Of a stretch of 64,000 bases of DNA, positions 1 to 10,634 are shown piece after piece. Source of the DNA: an uncultured archaeon (lineage in GTDB: Archaea; Asgardarchaeota; Heimdallarchaeia; Heimdallarchaeales; Heimdallarchaeaceae); assembly GCA_964534625.1 (NCBI GenBank), contig CAZHRF010000005.1, positions 32,001-96,000 of the forward strand, given 5' to 3'. A model generated the notes under the pieces. It made no database searches. It was given only the letters and a program-made list of their open reading frames with translations, and was not told the origin of the DNA. The position numbers were made by a program, and so were the translations under genes. The first letter of the stretch is position 1; each line of letters starts with the position of its first letter.

Positions 1-2731
1 GTTTTGCTTCATTTGCTATTTCAGCCATATGTTTTTGTAATTCACCATCTTTTTTTGCTGCCCCCATCAATTTACCTATATTAACAGCTTCTTCTTTGAA
101 CATTTCCTTTACTTTTTCATATAGATGGTTCTTCCATTTACTATTAATATAGATATGAATCTTTTTTGGTTTAGAATCTACCAATTTTACAATTTGATCA
201 ATATCTTCTACTAAATTATCAATAAATTTTGATTGTCTTGCATGCAGTCTGTCTTGTTCTGTCAATTCTTTAACTTGCATTTTTCTTATAGAGATAAAAG
301 GATCGCCACCTATTCTCTCATTTATTTCATCAGCAATGTGAGGAATAACTGGTGACATTACATCAATTATTTTTTCTATTGTTTTTCTTATCACTGTATC
401 CTTTTCATCATTTTTTATCAATTTTGAAACTTTTGCATATTTATCCAACACTCTAAGATTGGCATAGAAACCATCTAGAATGTAATCACGGGCATTATAT
501 TCACCCATATACTTAATAGCTTGAATTACATTTGATTTTACTGTAGATAATGTTACTTTTGATACAAAAGAATATTCATCTATATTTTTCTCTTTTGTAC
601 TTACAGCTATTTTTGCATAGTTCCAGAATTTTTTTAATTGTTGTTTAGCGAAATTTACTTCTTTTTCTCTCCAATCCACTACACTATCAGCAGAAGCAAC
701 AGAAGCCAAATGTAACCTCGTTAAATCTACGCTGTATTTTTCTGGAATTTGAGCCAGAGGTATAACATTACCTTTACTCTTTCCCATTTTTTGTCCTTCT
801 CTAATTAATAGTTCATTCAATGAAAATGCTTTAACCCAATATTTTTCAGGGAAGATAGCTGCATGATGATAGATTGTAAAGGATAAATGATTTGATAGAT
901 GAGCGACTGCTGTATGCCTTACATCATTAGGATACCAATAATCGAATTCTTTTCTCATCTGCTTTAGTACATCAATTGGTATAGAGGTTTTTTCACTAAC
1001 AGTTCCCATATCACCTTTGTCTAAGAAAACATAATTGTAGAACTCAGGTAATAATTGTTCTGCTTTGATATCATTTTGTTTTATTTGTTTAATTATTGTA
1101 TAAAAAGCCATATAGATAACGGAATCACTTAAGGATTCGATTATCCATCCTTTTCCCTTAGTAATTGGAAATTCTGTTCCCAATCCTCTTTTTCTTACAC
1201 ATGGCCTTTTGTCTAACCAATCCAACGTATTTTCAAAGCTTTGCCTGTATTTATTCGGAATAATATCCATAGTTTTTAGCGCTTTTTTTGCTAGTTCATT
1301 CCATTCTTCATTACCATAGTTTAAGAAGTATTGATCTTCAATCACAGCCACAATTATTTTGGTTCCACATCTACAGTATGCAACTTGTGAAACTTCATAA
1401 ATACTGGTTCCGCGATTTTGTTTTTGTAATTCTTTAGAAACAATATCTTTTGCTTTATCAACTCTTGTGCCTTTAAATTTGCCAGTATTATCTTTCATTA
1501 TACCAGAGTAATATTCAGCCTTGTATATTGTCTGTGTTGCTTCAGTTAGTTTTTCTTTATCATCTTGACTAGTTACCCCTAGTTTGTCACATATTTCAAC
1601 AGCGGGCCATTTTCCATATCCCCCAACCTTTATCATTGAAATCGGTTCTATGCCCTTCAACCTTTCTTTGTCCAATCCATATTCTTTGATTCTTTTTTCA
1701 TCTTTCTGCAAATCAACTAAAGCAGCATAATCGTAAGGTGCATGAGCAGGAACACTATAGACGATCCCTGTGGCATGCTTTGTATCAACAAATTTAGCAG
1801 GATAAATGGGGAGCTTTTCCCCCGTAATTGGTACCTCAACTGTTTGATCTATCAATTTTTCGCCTTTAAAACTGGAAATAATATCTATTTCATGATTTTG
1901 TTCTTTTAATTTATCTATTGAATCAGATGAAACGATCCATTTTTCGCCATCTATTTTAATCTTTGAATGACTAGCGGAAGGGTTAATCCAGATGTTTGTT
2001 GCACCAAAGATAGTTTCTGGTCTTAAAGTAGCTGCTACCATATAGGTTTCATCATCGAATTTATATTTAATCCCTACAAACTCACTTACTTCTGTTTTAT
2101 CTTCATCTCCCCCTTGAATATCATCCTCACCAACAGCGTTTCTGCAGTTTTTACAGTATAAAATAGGATATGTTCCTTTTACAATGTACCCTTTATCATT
2201 TAATAGTCTATATTGCCATTCTATGAATGTATTATATTCAGGATCGCCTGTTGTAAATTCTCTCGTAAAATCGATTGAGAAACCCATTCTCTGGAAATCC
2301 TCTTTTAATTTGCTTGCAAAGTAATGTGCAACATTCAGTGGATTTTCAAACGATTTCAATATTTCATTTATTTTATCTGAATCAGTCTCATAAATTTCCA
2401 AATATTCTCTGTATTTCTTGATCTCTTTTTTATTATTTTCGCGTATTTTTGATGATACAGAGAGAATTGGTGTACCAGTAATATGATAGGCCATGGGAAA
2501 AAATACATTATAACCTAATTTTCTTTTATACCTTGCAAATAAATCACCTAGATTATAAGTTCTACAATGACCAATGTGTAAAGGACCACTCGCATAAGGG
2601 TAAGGAATTGTTAAATACCATTTCTCTTTATTTTCATGTATTTTTCCCTCAAATACTCTTTCTGTTTGCCATTTTTTCTGCCATTTGCTTTCTATCTTAT
2701 GTAATTCATCTAAAAACGTCTCTGTTCCCAT
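1..2731 (-). CDS. leuS: Leucyl-tRNA synthetase (archaeal type), 3' end runs off the window edge; absent from the ORF track
   Basis: Manual reverse translation from ATG at 2731 (SD-like AGGTG upstream): MGTETFLDELHKIESKWQKKW...PYPYASGPLHIGH (HIGH), CP1 motifs TLRPETIFG and GIVYSVPAHAPYD, and KMGKSKGN near 770-790. Confidence 0.95.
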   Translation of the reverse strand, partial: MGTETFLDELHKIESKWQKKWQTERVFEGKIHENKEKWYLTIPYPYASGPLHIGHCRTYNLGDLFARYKRKLGYNVFFPMAYHITGTPILSVSSKIRENNKKEIKKYREYLEIYETDSDKINEILKSFENPLNVAHYFASKLKEDFQRMGFSIDFTREFTTGDPEYNTFIEWQYRLLNDKGYIVKGTYPILYCKNCRNAVGEDDIQGGDEDKTEVSEFVGIKYKFDDETYMVAATLRPETIFGATNIWINPSASHSKIKIDGEKWIVSSDSIDKLKEQNHEIDIISSFKGEKLIDQTVEVPITGEKLPIYPAKFVDTKHATGIVYSVPAHAPYDYAALVDLQKDEKRIKEYGLDKERLKGIEPISMIKVGGYGKWPAVEICDKLGVTSQDDKEKLTEATQTIYKAEYYSGIMKDNTGKFKGTRVDKAKDIVSKELQKQNRGTSIYEVSQVAYCRCGTKIIVAVIEDQYFLNYGNEEWNELAKKALKTMDIIPNKYRQSFENTLDWLDKRPCVRKRGLGTEFPITKGKGWIIESLSDSVIYMAFYTIIKQIKQNDIKAEQLLPEFYNYVFLDKGDMGTVSEKTSIPIDVLKQMRKEFDYWYPNDVRHTAVAHLSNHLSFTIYHHAAIFPEKYWVKAFSLNELLIREGQKMGKSKGNVIPLAQIPEKYSVDLTRLHLASVASADSVVDWREKEVNFAKQQLKKFWNYAKIAVSTKEKNIDEYSFVSKVTLSTVKSNVIQAIKYMGEYNARDYILDGFYANLRVLDKYAKVSKLIKNDEKDTVIRKTIEKIIDVMSPVIPHIADEINERIGGDPFISIRKMQVKELTEQDRLHARQSKFIDNLVEDIDQIVKLVDSKPKKIHIYINSKWKNHLYEKVKEMFKEEAVNIGKLMGAAKKDGELQKHMAEIANEAK

Positions 2732-3109
2732 TTTTTACACCTAAATATTTTGATAAATACCTTTTCTCATGTATGTCTAATACTCTGCTCAATTCTTGAA
2801 CAAAACTAGTATAACAAAAACTTTTGCTCTTGGTCAAAAAGCTAGTATTTTTACATTTATAAAGTACTAAAATCTGGAAATCACTAAAAGTAGTTTTTTT
2901 ATCTCTTCTGAAGAAGAACACATTCACCATTCATTGCGATTTCCTCATATTTATTTGACTGTTTGCATTTTTAACTCTATCGACTTTAGTCATAATAAAT
3001 TTTAGCATGATAAAACTAGCTGACAATGAAATACAATTTGTGGTTATACCAACTTATTTTTAAAGAGAGTTTTGAGATATTACTCACTAATAATTGAGAT
3101 TGATTTTTC

Positions 3110-3928
3110 ATGCAAACAAATATGAAAACTGAAGAAGATAAGAAAATTGAAGACACGTTATCTCATATCAAATACAAACTAGCTGTTTTATCTGGTAAAG
3201 GCGGTACAGGTAAGACAACTGTTGCAGTTAATTTAGCCCAAACCTTAGCTGATAAAGGATATAAAGTGGGCATATTAGACGCCGATATTACGGGACCTAA
3301 TGTCCCATTAATGTTTGGTGTTGAATTCGAACAGTTAACCAGCGAGGATAACAAAATAAAACCTATTGAAATTGGGAACTTAAAAATTGTTTCTATGGAG
3401 CTATTACTTGAAAACAAAAGGAAAGCCATTATTTGGAGAGGTCCCTTAAAGATTAAAGCGTTAAAGCAATTTATTGGAGATGTAGCGTGGGGTGAACTTG
3501 ATTATCTTATTGTTGATCTTCCTCCTGGTAGTAGCGATGAACCTCTCTCAATTGTACAGATTATCAAAGATTTAGATGGTATGGTAATTGTTACGACTCC
3601 ACAACAAGTATCGCTATTAGATGTAGGAAAATCTATTGACTTTGCAAATGCAACTAAAGTTCCAATATTAGGAATAATCGAAAATATGTCAGGTTTCGCT
3701 TGTCCTCATTGTGGCGAAGTAACTAACATTTTCCGTAAAGGAGGAGGCCAGGAAATAGCTGAAGAATTAAATTTGACATTTCTTGGAGCCATTCCCCTTA
3801 TCCCTAGTATCTGTGAATCTGGTGATGAAGGAAAACCAGCTGTTAAATCCAACGATAAAGTAAAAAAAGTGTTTTCTGATATTACTGATCAGCTTATTAC
3901 AAAAGTAAAGAAAGAAGTAACAGAATAA
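3110..3928 (+). CDS. Mrp/NBP35 (ApbC) Fe-S cluster carrier ATPase
   Basis: GKGGTGKTT deviant Walker A, DADITGPNVP, IWRGP, DLPPG, ENMSGFACPHC. Confidence 0.95.
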   Translation: MQTNMKTEEDKKIEDTLSHIKYKLAVLSGKGGTGKTTVAVNLAQTLADKGYKVGILDADITGPNVPLMFGVEFEQLTSEDNKIKPIEIGNLKIVSMELLLENKRKAIIWRGPLKIKALKQFIGDVAWGELDYLIVDLPPGSSDEPLSIVQIIKDLDGMVIVTTPQQVSLLDVGKSIDFANATKVPILGIIENMSGFACPHCGEVTNIFRKGGGQEIAEELNLTFLGAIPLIPSICESGDEGKPAVKSNDKVKKVFSDITDQLITKVKKEVTE

Positions 3929-3942
3929 TATTTAACTTCAAA

Positions 3943-4449
3943 TTAACTTTCTTTTTCTTGTTCTATTAATTTCTTTTTTGTTTTTCTTCCATTTCGTCCT
4001 GAATAATTTCCCATATTGCCATTAGATAAAATTACTCTATGACATGGAATTATTGGTGCAAAACGGTTTTTAGCCATTACATTTCCAACAAATCTGGCAG
4101 CACCAGGAAAACCAGCTTTTTTGGCAAGTTCTCCATAACTTATAAGCTGACCCGGAGGTACAGTTAGTAGGGTTTCCAACACTTGTTGCTCTTTTCCAGA
4201 GTATTCTCGGAAATCAAATACAATATCTAGTATATCAAAACAAGTTCCTTCTACAATATTCCTTATTGTCTGAATCACAATATTTTCATTATTCTCTTCT
4301 ATCTCCATATTTCCTTTGTATTGTTTCATCAGATAGGCTACAAGTTCTTTCTTCGTCTCAAACAAAAAACTTGTTGAATATAATTTGCCTTCCTCGGTGA
4401 ATAAAGCACCATACCATTGATTTTCTCCTTCACCAATTACCATTTTCAT
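3943..4449 (-). CDS. ogt: O6-methylguanine-DNA methyltransferase
   Basis: SYGELA...ARFVGNVM...IIPCHRV active-site motif. Confidence 0.93.
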   Translation of the reverse strand: MKMVIGEGENQWYGALFTEEGKLYSTSFLFETKKELVAYLMKQYKGNMEIEENNENIVIQTIRNIVEGTCFDILDIVFDFREYSGKEQQVLETLLTVPPGQLISYGELAKKAGFPGAARFVGNVMAKNRFAPIIPCHRVILSNGNMGNYSGRNGRKTKKKLIEQEKES

Positions 4450-4516
4450 AGTTATATATTTAGTTCAAACCTTTATATACTTTGATTTTATTGGAAGTCT
4501 TGAAAAAAAGTTTCAG

Positions 4517-5566
4517 GTGTATTCATTGTATAATCTCGAAAAACTGCATCAATATTTATATGAAAATTTCAAAAAATATTTCTCCGAATGGCAGAACCTG
4601 AAGATAACAGATCTAGAAGATATCACTTCTGGATGGGAAGCAGATCTTTTTTCATTTCAGTTAGAATATGAGATTAATGGAAATTTGACTATCAAGGATT
4701 TTGTCTTACGAATACATTCTGGGACTATAGCGTCTAATAAAACAGAACGAGAATATTTCATTTTACAGAAACTAATTGAAGTAAATTTTTTTGTTCCTAA
4801 AGTGTTTTTTATGGATTTAAACCTAGGGAAAAATAAATCAGGTTTTGTTATGGAAAAAATAATGGGAGAAAATATGGGACTACTAATACTTGCCTTTAAT
4901 AGTGAAGAACAAAAAAATCAACTTCTTAAACTTTTCATTAAAATTTTTACTCAATTGCACAAATTAAACTGGGAAATAGCAGTTAAAGATACTAATCTAT
5001 ATGAAAATGCACCTATAACTTATTTTATCGAAAAAAAAATTGATACATATCAAAACCAAATCACCAGATATAACCTACATGAATTAATCCCCATAATTTC
5101 TTGGTTAAAAGAGAATATGCCAGAAGATTTAGAAATACATCTAGCAATTAATCATAATGATTTTCACCCGCATAATATTCTTTTAACAAACGACAATAAA
5201 TTGTTCATAATAGATTGGACAGCCTACCAAATAAATGACTATAGATTTGATCTTGCATGGACATTAGTCCTTTTTTATGGTTTCATGGGACAAAGCCATC
5301 GAGATTTAATACTTAAGATGTATAAAAAAAATAGTCAAAAAGATATTTCGCATATTGAATATTTTGAAGTTTTTGCAATCCTTAGACGATTAAGTGATAT
5401 ATTAATGGTACTTACAAAAGCATCGCAAACCATCGGTTTAAGAGAAAATTCTCGAGAGAAGATATTAGAATCAAAAAATCATATTTTCAAGCTTCTTGAA
5501 TTGCTTGAAAAGAGAACGGAGTCAAAATACGATGAACTAAGAACATTAATTGATAGCTTAGTTTAA
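4517..5566 (+). CDS. APH/choline-kinase-like phosphotransferase
   Basis: HNDFHPHNIL catalytic loop, IIDW metal-binding motif, FDLAW. Confidence 0.85.
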   Translation: MYSLYNLEKLHQYLYENFKKYFSEWQNLKITDLEDITSGWEADLFSFQLEYEINGNLTIKDFVLRIHSGTIASNKTEREYFILQKLIEVNFFVPKVFFMDLNLGKNKSGFVMEKIMGENMGLLILAFNSEEQKNQLLKLFIKIFTQLHKLNWEIAVKDTNLYENAPITYFIEKKIDTYQNQITRYNLHELIPIISWLKENMPEDLEIHLAINHNDFHPHNILLTNDNKLFIIDWTAYQINDYRFDLAWTLVLFYGFMGQSHRDLILKMYKKNSQKDISHIEYFEVFAILRRLSDILMVLTKASQTIGLRENSREKILESKNHIFKLLELLEKRTESKYDELRTLIDSLV

Positions 5567-5646
5567 TTATTGATGGTAATAGTTTTTACTAAATGGTCAG
5601 TTGTGTCCATTATATTAATATGGGGTGACCAATCAATTGAATACTG

Positions 5647-8600
5647 GTGCTTATTATGACAAAAGAAAAAGGAACAATAAAAAAATATAACCCATCGATG
5701 GCAAAAGAAGTAGCAGAGATGTTCAACACGTTTCATGAACTATGGCCAGGTGGTTTTGGGGGCGGCACACCTTATGATGAACAACGGGTCAGAGATTGGT
5801 TAGATAATTCTACTGCCATTGCTGATTTAATTGCACTTGATGCGGAAGGTACACCTGTAGGGTATTGTGGTCTTTATCCTCATTGGAAAGAATCAAATGT
5901 TGCATATATCAATATAATTGGCGTTACACCGAGTGTTTTAGGTAAAAAGTTTGGTAAGCGATTACTACTTAAGGCATTAGAAGTGGCCAAAGAGAAGGGT
6001 ATATACAGAGTTGATCTACACACGTGGAGCGGTAACATGAAGGCAGTTCCTCTCTACAAAAAAGTGGGATTATTCTGGGTTCCAGATACAAGTGTGTATA
6101 TGCAAGATTACATTCCTGGTTTACTGAATATTAGTTTTGCCCGAAAATGGTTTGACAAGCATCCCGACTGGTATGGATGTTTTGAAAGAGAGCTAAAACA
6201 ACAACCAGATGCAGATAAAGTTGACAATATGCAAATATACCAATATAAATTTACACGAGAAGATGATTTATTGATCGCTGAAGTAGATAGGTATGGGTTT
6301 GGTTTTTGTGGCTTTAGCAGAAAATTAGATGGCAAAACAGTACTTGCTAGGACTAAATTAGAGGATCATCACATTCATATAGGAATTGAAAATTCTCTTA
6401 CCATTAGTTTACTTAATGAATCAGGCAATGATGTAAATATTTCTTTAGATATTAAACCATTCAAAGGCTTAAAATTTACTGAATCATTTCCACAGACTGT
6501 TTTTTTACAAAACGGCGAAAGTATAGAGATTACAAGAAAGTTTATTGTTAACAAGTCTGCTAAACTTTTTGAAGGAGATCAAAACCAAAATGAAAAGATA
6601 ACAACGAGAATATCGTTTGATAACGAAAACATCCAATTGATAACTAGTGGTAAGATACAATCTGCAGTAGAGATTAGTTTTGATAAAGATGTCCAAATCC
6701 TTCCTAGAATTAATGATGAAACAACAATAATAGATTTTAACTTAATCAATCATACTACCCTTTCTCTAGGGGTTAAAGTAGACACGTTTCTAGAAGGAGT
6801 AGACAACAGCTATCAAAGTATGAATATTTCCTTGAAGCCTAAGGCGAGAACAAGTATACAAGTTCCTTTTCCTTTTTCCTTCAATTCAAGTAAAACAAAA
6901 GTTATGCTTCACGCTATTCCCTTTATTAAAAGTAAAGGCCCTGAACTTATACAGTTGCCCAAATATGTTCACCCAATTGTACCTAATATAAGAGGACTTA
7001 TTGAATTCATGAAAAAGGATAAAAAGATAATCGTCGTTACTGATCTTTTAGCTATTACTGCCCACTTAGAAGGTGGAAATACAATAATAAAAAACAAACA
7101 AGGAGATGGTCATACAAAAGTTATTCGTTTTGAAGCAGGTCCCCCATATGGTATAAATCTCGATCGTTCTCTATTATACGATTATTCAATAAAAGATTCT
7201 AAAGATTCTCTTGAACTAATACTATTTGCTAATAGTTTACATATTCATGGATTGGAAATCGCCCATCATATTAAAGTCCAAGCAAGCGTTCCTGAGGTAG
7301 AGTACTGGATCACTTATACAAACATGCGCACTACTAACATCATTGCAACTGCTAGAACACACACGGGATGGCAGGGTATTCGTTTTTCTGCTTTTGATAG
7401 CATTAGTAAATCTTATACCCCGCTTTGCAATAAGATTGTAGAAAGTTCTCCAAACACAAAAATGATTAGCGGAAATTATATTTCTCAAGATCCTGAAGAG
7501 TGGAAAGAAACTTGGACCGCAGAAGAACGCTATTTTGATGGTTCATTTAATGCTTGGATTTGGAAACCAGATAATGTTAGTAAAATATCAGTGACAAATG
7601 GTACATTGAATCAATTAGAATCAGATTCTGTTGAACTAAAACCCGGTCAGAGCTATCAACCAGTCCATCTCTGGTATTTAACTGACCAAACATCAATCTA
7701 TTCTATAAGAGAACGATGGAATCAAATTTTTGGATATAAAACTTATGAGAGTATAAAAGACATAACAGATAGTATAGTTAAACCTCTTGAAATAACTTTG
7801 AAAGATGATAATCTGGTAGAAAGTGGTAAAAGGTGTGAAAAAAGAGTTCAATTAAGCATTATTTCTGACTATCCTCTTCAAGGTACACTATCTTTAAATG
7901 TACCATTAAACTGGCAAGCGTTTTTTAAACAGGATAATGAATTGCAAAAAGAGATATCAATTGAATCTATGCTAACAGATAAAGTGCTGAATGTGAATGT
8001 CATCATTGATGTCCCAAAAAATGTTTCAAGTACTGTTGAAATACTCAAAATTATCTTTAATGGAGAGTTTTGTGAAGAATTTAAGATTGGTCTAATAGTT
8101 TATTCATCTGGTAAAATAAATATTAAGGAAGAAAAGCTTGAAAATGCACCTGTGCATTATATTGATAACGGACAAATACGTTTCTTCACTTCAAAATTAG
8201 GGGGAATACTATTTAGGTTAGAAAATAAACTCGGTCAAACATTTTTACAAGATAATTTTCCGGATTTTATCCCAAAACTTATGCTACAATATAATATAGG
8301 TGGTATTCAGCCTTATTTTATCTCTCCTTCGAGCAATAATCCCTTTGGTGAACCTGAAGATATGAACGTAGAACTAATCGAAATTGGACAATGGAAAGGT
8401 GTAAAGTTTTCTACTAGGATTGAAAAACAAGAAATACTAAAAGATCAAGAATATACCATATCTTACTTGACTTTACCAAATTCAAATGTTATCAAAATAA
8501 TTGCTGAACACTTCAATCCAAAAAAGAAAACCATTGAATCGAGTATCGTTCTTAACTCTGATATTGCTATTAATAACAAAACAGATAACATCAAAACAAT

Positions 8601-8892
8601 AATTCCAGAGAAAAATGATTTGTTCATTCGCAATCCAAGTGAGAAACAATATATTAGTCAATTGATACCTAAAAATGCATGGGTAAGATTCGAAAATGGA
8701 AGCCAATCATATTCCATTGTTGTATCAAGCAGCACTTGGGGAGGTGTGTCTGCATTTGATCTGGGAATGCTAATATCAGGATGGTTAATTTCTGTACAAA
8801 AAACAAACCCTAGAGAAAGAAAAAAACTTGAATTTTATGTTGTAGTAGATGAAAGTATAGACGTTGTAAAAAGACTTCAAACTCTACTATAA
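5647..8892 (+). CDS. Large protein with an N-terminal GNAT acetyltransferase domain and an unassigned beta-rich remainder
   Basis: IGVTPSVLGKKFGKRLL (acetyl-CoA motif A) and N..AVPLYKKVG within the first ~150 aa; about 900 aa unassigned. Confidence 0.8.
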   Translation: MLIMTKEKGTIKKYNPSMAKEVAEMFNTFHELWPGGFGGGTPYDEQRVRDWLDNSTAIADLIALDAEGTPVGYCGLYPHWKESNVAYINIIGVTPSVLGKKFGKRLLLKALEVAKEKGIYRVDLHTWSGNMKAVPLYKKVGLFWVPDTSVYMQDYIPGLLNISFARKWFDKHPDWYGCFERELKQQPDADKVDNMQIYQYKFTREDDLLIAEVDRYGFGFCGFSRKLDGKTVLARTKLEDHHIHIGIENSLTISLLNESGNDVNISLDIKPFKGLKFTESFPQTVFLQNGESIEITRKFIVNKSAKLFEGDQNQNEKITTRISFDNENIQLITSGKIQSAVEISFDKDVQILPRINDETTIIDFNLINHTTLSLGVKVDTFLEGVDNSYQSMNISLKPKARTSIQVPFPFSFNSSKTKVMLHAIPFIKSKGPELIQLPKYVHPIVPNIRGLIEFMKKDKKIIVVTDLLAITAHLEGGNTIIKNKQGDGHTKVIRFEAGPPYGINLDRSLLYDYSIKDSKDSLELILFANSLHIHGLEIAHHIKVQASVPEVEYWITYTNMRTTNIIATARTHTGWQGIRFSAFDSISKSYTPLCNKIVESSPNTKMISGNYISQDPEEWKETWTAEERYFDGSFNAWIWKPDNVSKISVTNGTLNQLESDSVELKPGQSYQPVHLWYLTDQTSIYSIRERWNQIFGYKTYESIKDITDSIVKPLEITLKDDNLVESGKRCEKRVQLSIISDYPLQGTLSLNVPLNWQAFFKQDNELQKEISIESMLTDKVLNVNVIIDVPKNVSSTVEILKIIFNGEFCEEFKIGLIVYSSGKINIKEEKLENAPVHYIDNGQIRFFTSKLGGILFRLENKLGQTFLQDNFPDFIPKLMLQYNIGGIQPYFISPSSNNPFGEPEDMNVELIEIGQWKGVKFSTRIEKQEILKDQEYTISYLTLPNSNVIKIIAEHFNPKKKTIESSIVLNSDIAINNKTDNIKTIIPEKNDLFIRNPSEKQYISQLIPKNAWVRFENGSQSYSIVVSSSTWGGVSAFDLGMLISGWLISVQKTNPRERKKLEFYVVVDESIDVVKRLQTLL

Positions 8893-8898
8893 TATTTT

Positions 8899-9774
8899 TT
8901 ACATTTCAAATTGCAATTTTGTTCCTACTAAACAAGGTTTCACCTTATTTTCACCAAATCTATCTTTAAAATATTTTATTGTGTTTTTTCCACTACAATG
9001 ATTAAAGTATAAATCAGGCAAACCATATTTTTCTTCCAACACGTTACCTACTTCCTTTAGATCTTCATCTTTAAAATTTCTCATGTGTGTTCCTCCTAGA
9101 ATTGCAATTAGTTTCTTACCTCCACTTATCTCTGATACTTTTTTCAAGGTATTAAGGAGCCCTGAATGACAACATCCACACACAACCACTAAACCATTCT
9201 TTGTTTCAATAATTAGGGAAAGATCATCTCTTAACGGATCTTTTTCCCAGTTTTTGTTCTGTTTGTGTTGTAATCTATTGCTCGTACCAGTCTTAAATGG
9301 CCTTTCTGTTATCTCGCCTGTAGAACAGATGGCTGAAGTTATATTATAGTCACTGTGTGTAAAATTGAAATTTAAACGCTCTTTTTCTCTCTTATTTAAT
9401 TTTGGAAAACCTATATTAACCCTAAATGTGAGGATTAATTTTAGGATTACAGCTTTCTTCGTCTCTAAAGCATCAGGGTGACAAATTACAGAGAGTATCT
9501 TTTTACCTCTTTCTTTTAATAAAGCACGGATTCCGCCCGTGTGATCATAATGTCCATGGGATAAAACTAATGTATCAATCTTATTTACATCAATATCTAA
9601 TATTTTCATATTATTTATTACATGTTCTCCCTTCCATCCTGCATCGAATAATAGTTTTACATCTTCCGTTTCAATATAAAATGCTTGTCCATGCCCCCCC
9701 TTTAATCCTTTACCACCAATCGAATTATTGTTGTAAACATTTGTTATTCTTATACTCATTATCTTCAAACCCAA
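8899..9774 (-). CDS. MBL-fold metallohydrolase (DHPS-like/MJ0448 family)
   Basis: LFDAG, LSHGHYDHTGG, GCCHSG, GGTH, HCSG. Confidence 0.88.
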   Translation of the reverse strand: MGLKIMSIRITNVYNNNSIGGKGLKGGHGQAFYIETEDVKLLFDAGWKGEHVINNMKILDIDVNKIDTLVLSHGHYDHTGGIRALLKERGKKILSVICHPDALETKKAVILKLILTFRVNIGFPKLNKREKERLNFNFTHSDYNITSAICSTGEITERPFKTGTSNRLQHKQNKNWEKDPLRDDLSLIIETKNGLVVVCGCCHSGLLNTLKKVSEISGGKKLIAILGGTHMRNFKDEDLKEVGNVLEEKYGLPDLYFNHCSGKNTIKYFKDRFGENKVKPCLVGTKLQFEM

Positions 9775-9862
9775 TTATTTTTCACAATTATCAATTTTTT
9801 GTACCTTTCTACTTTTCAAGCTCTTTTCCAAACTATTGGACAATCAGTATAATACCCAAACA

Positions 9863-9888
9863 TTTTTATATTACTACTATATTGTTAG
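9863..9888 (+). promoter_or_regulatory. TATA box plus HSR1-like operator of the hsp20-cdc48-regulator operon
   Basis: TTTTTATA at 9863-9870, then CTACT-ATATT-GTTAG (9874-9888), resembling the Archaeoglobus HSR1 site CTAAC-N5-GTTAG. Confidence 0.5.
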
Positions 9889-9929
9889 TATTGAACTAAA
9901 GGTATATTACCCAAAATGGAGGATTAAAA

Positions 9930-10583
9930 ATGTTTAGACGTAAGAAAGACAATAATGACGAAGACTTCCCATTTAATAGCAAACAGTTTAGATCTGTTAG
10001 ATTCTACACTAATATTAATGGTGAAGAAAAACAATATGGTTACGATTATACCCGCGATGAGGACGGTAAAGAAGAATACAAAGAAATTGGCGACCCACAA
10101 TCTTTCGATTTACAAGGAGAGATTAGAGATCGTATAATGAACTTTGATAAACAATTTAATGACTCTTCATTTACTAACCCATTCGAAAAAATTGTGCAAG
10201 CATTTCCTAACATGAATGAATTATTTGGAATGCTGCAAGGTTCAAGAGATGTACCAGTATTAGAACACCCTAAAAAAGAGACCAGTGGGATTGAACAATC
10301 CGATGTTCCTTATGATATTCAAATTGATGAAAACAACAAGGAAATGTTTGTTATTGTTGAACTCCCCGGTTTCAAAAAGAAAGACCTTCAACTCACACTA
10401 AATACCAAAGGATTGAGGATTAAAGGTTCTAATATGAAAAAGGATGTAGATACATTAATTCCTTTGAACTATAATATAGATAAAGAAAAAGTAAAAGCAA
10501 CCATGAAACATGGTATTTTAGAGGTGAAAATCCAGTATAAAGGAAAGATTTCAGACAATGGTTCTGAAATTCCTATAAACTAG
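9930..10583 (+). CDS. Small heat-shock protein Hsp20
   Basis: C-terminal alpha-crystallin domain (VELPG...KATMKHGILEV) and terminal IPI (IXI) motif; directly upstream of cdc48. Confidence 0.9.
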   Translation: MFRRKKDNNDEDFPFNSKQFRSVRFYTNINGEEKQYGYDYTRDEDGKEEYKEIGDPQSFDLQGEIRDRIMNFDKQFNDSSFTNPFEKIVQAFPNMNELFGMLQGSRDVPVLEHPKKETSGIEQSDVPYDIQIDENNKEMFVIVELPGFKKKDLQLTLNTKGLRIKGSNMKKDVDTLIPLNYNIDKEKVKATMKHGILEVKIQYKGKISDNGSEIPIN

Positions 10584-10634
10584 GAATAGTTCTTTCCTTT
10601 ATTTTAATTTTATTTTTTAGTTAGGTGAATTATT

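Noticed and set aside
2533-2930. Two short ORFs near the leuS start
   Set aside because: They overlap the leuS 5' end and promoter in other frames and show no motifs.
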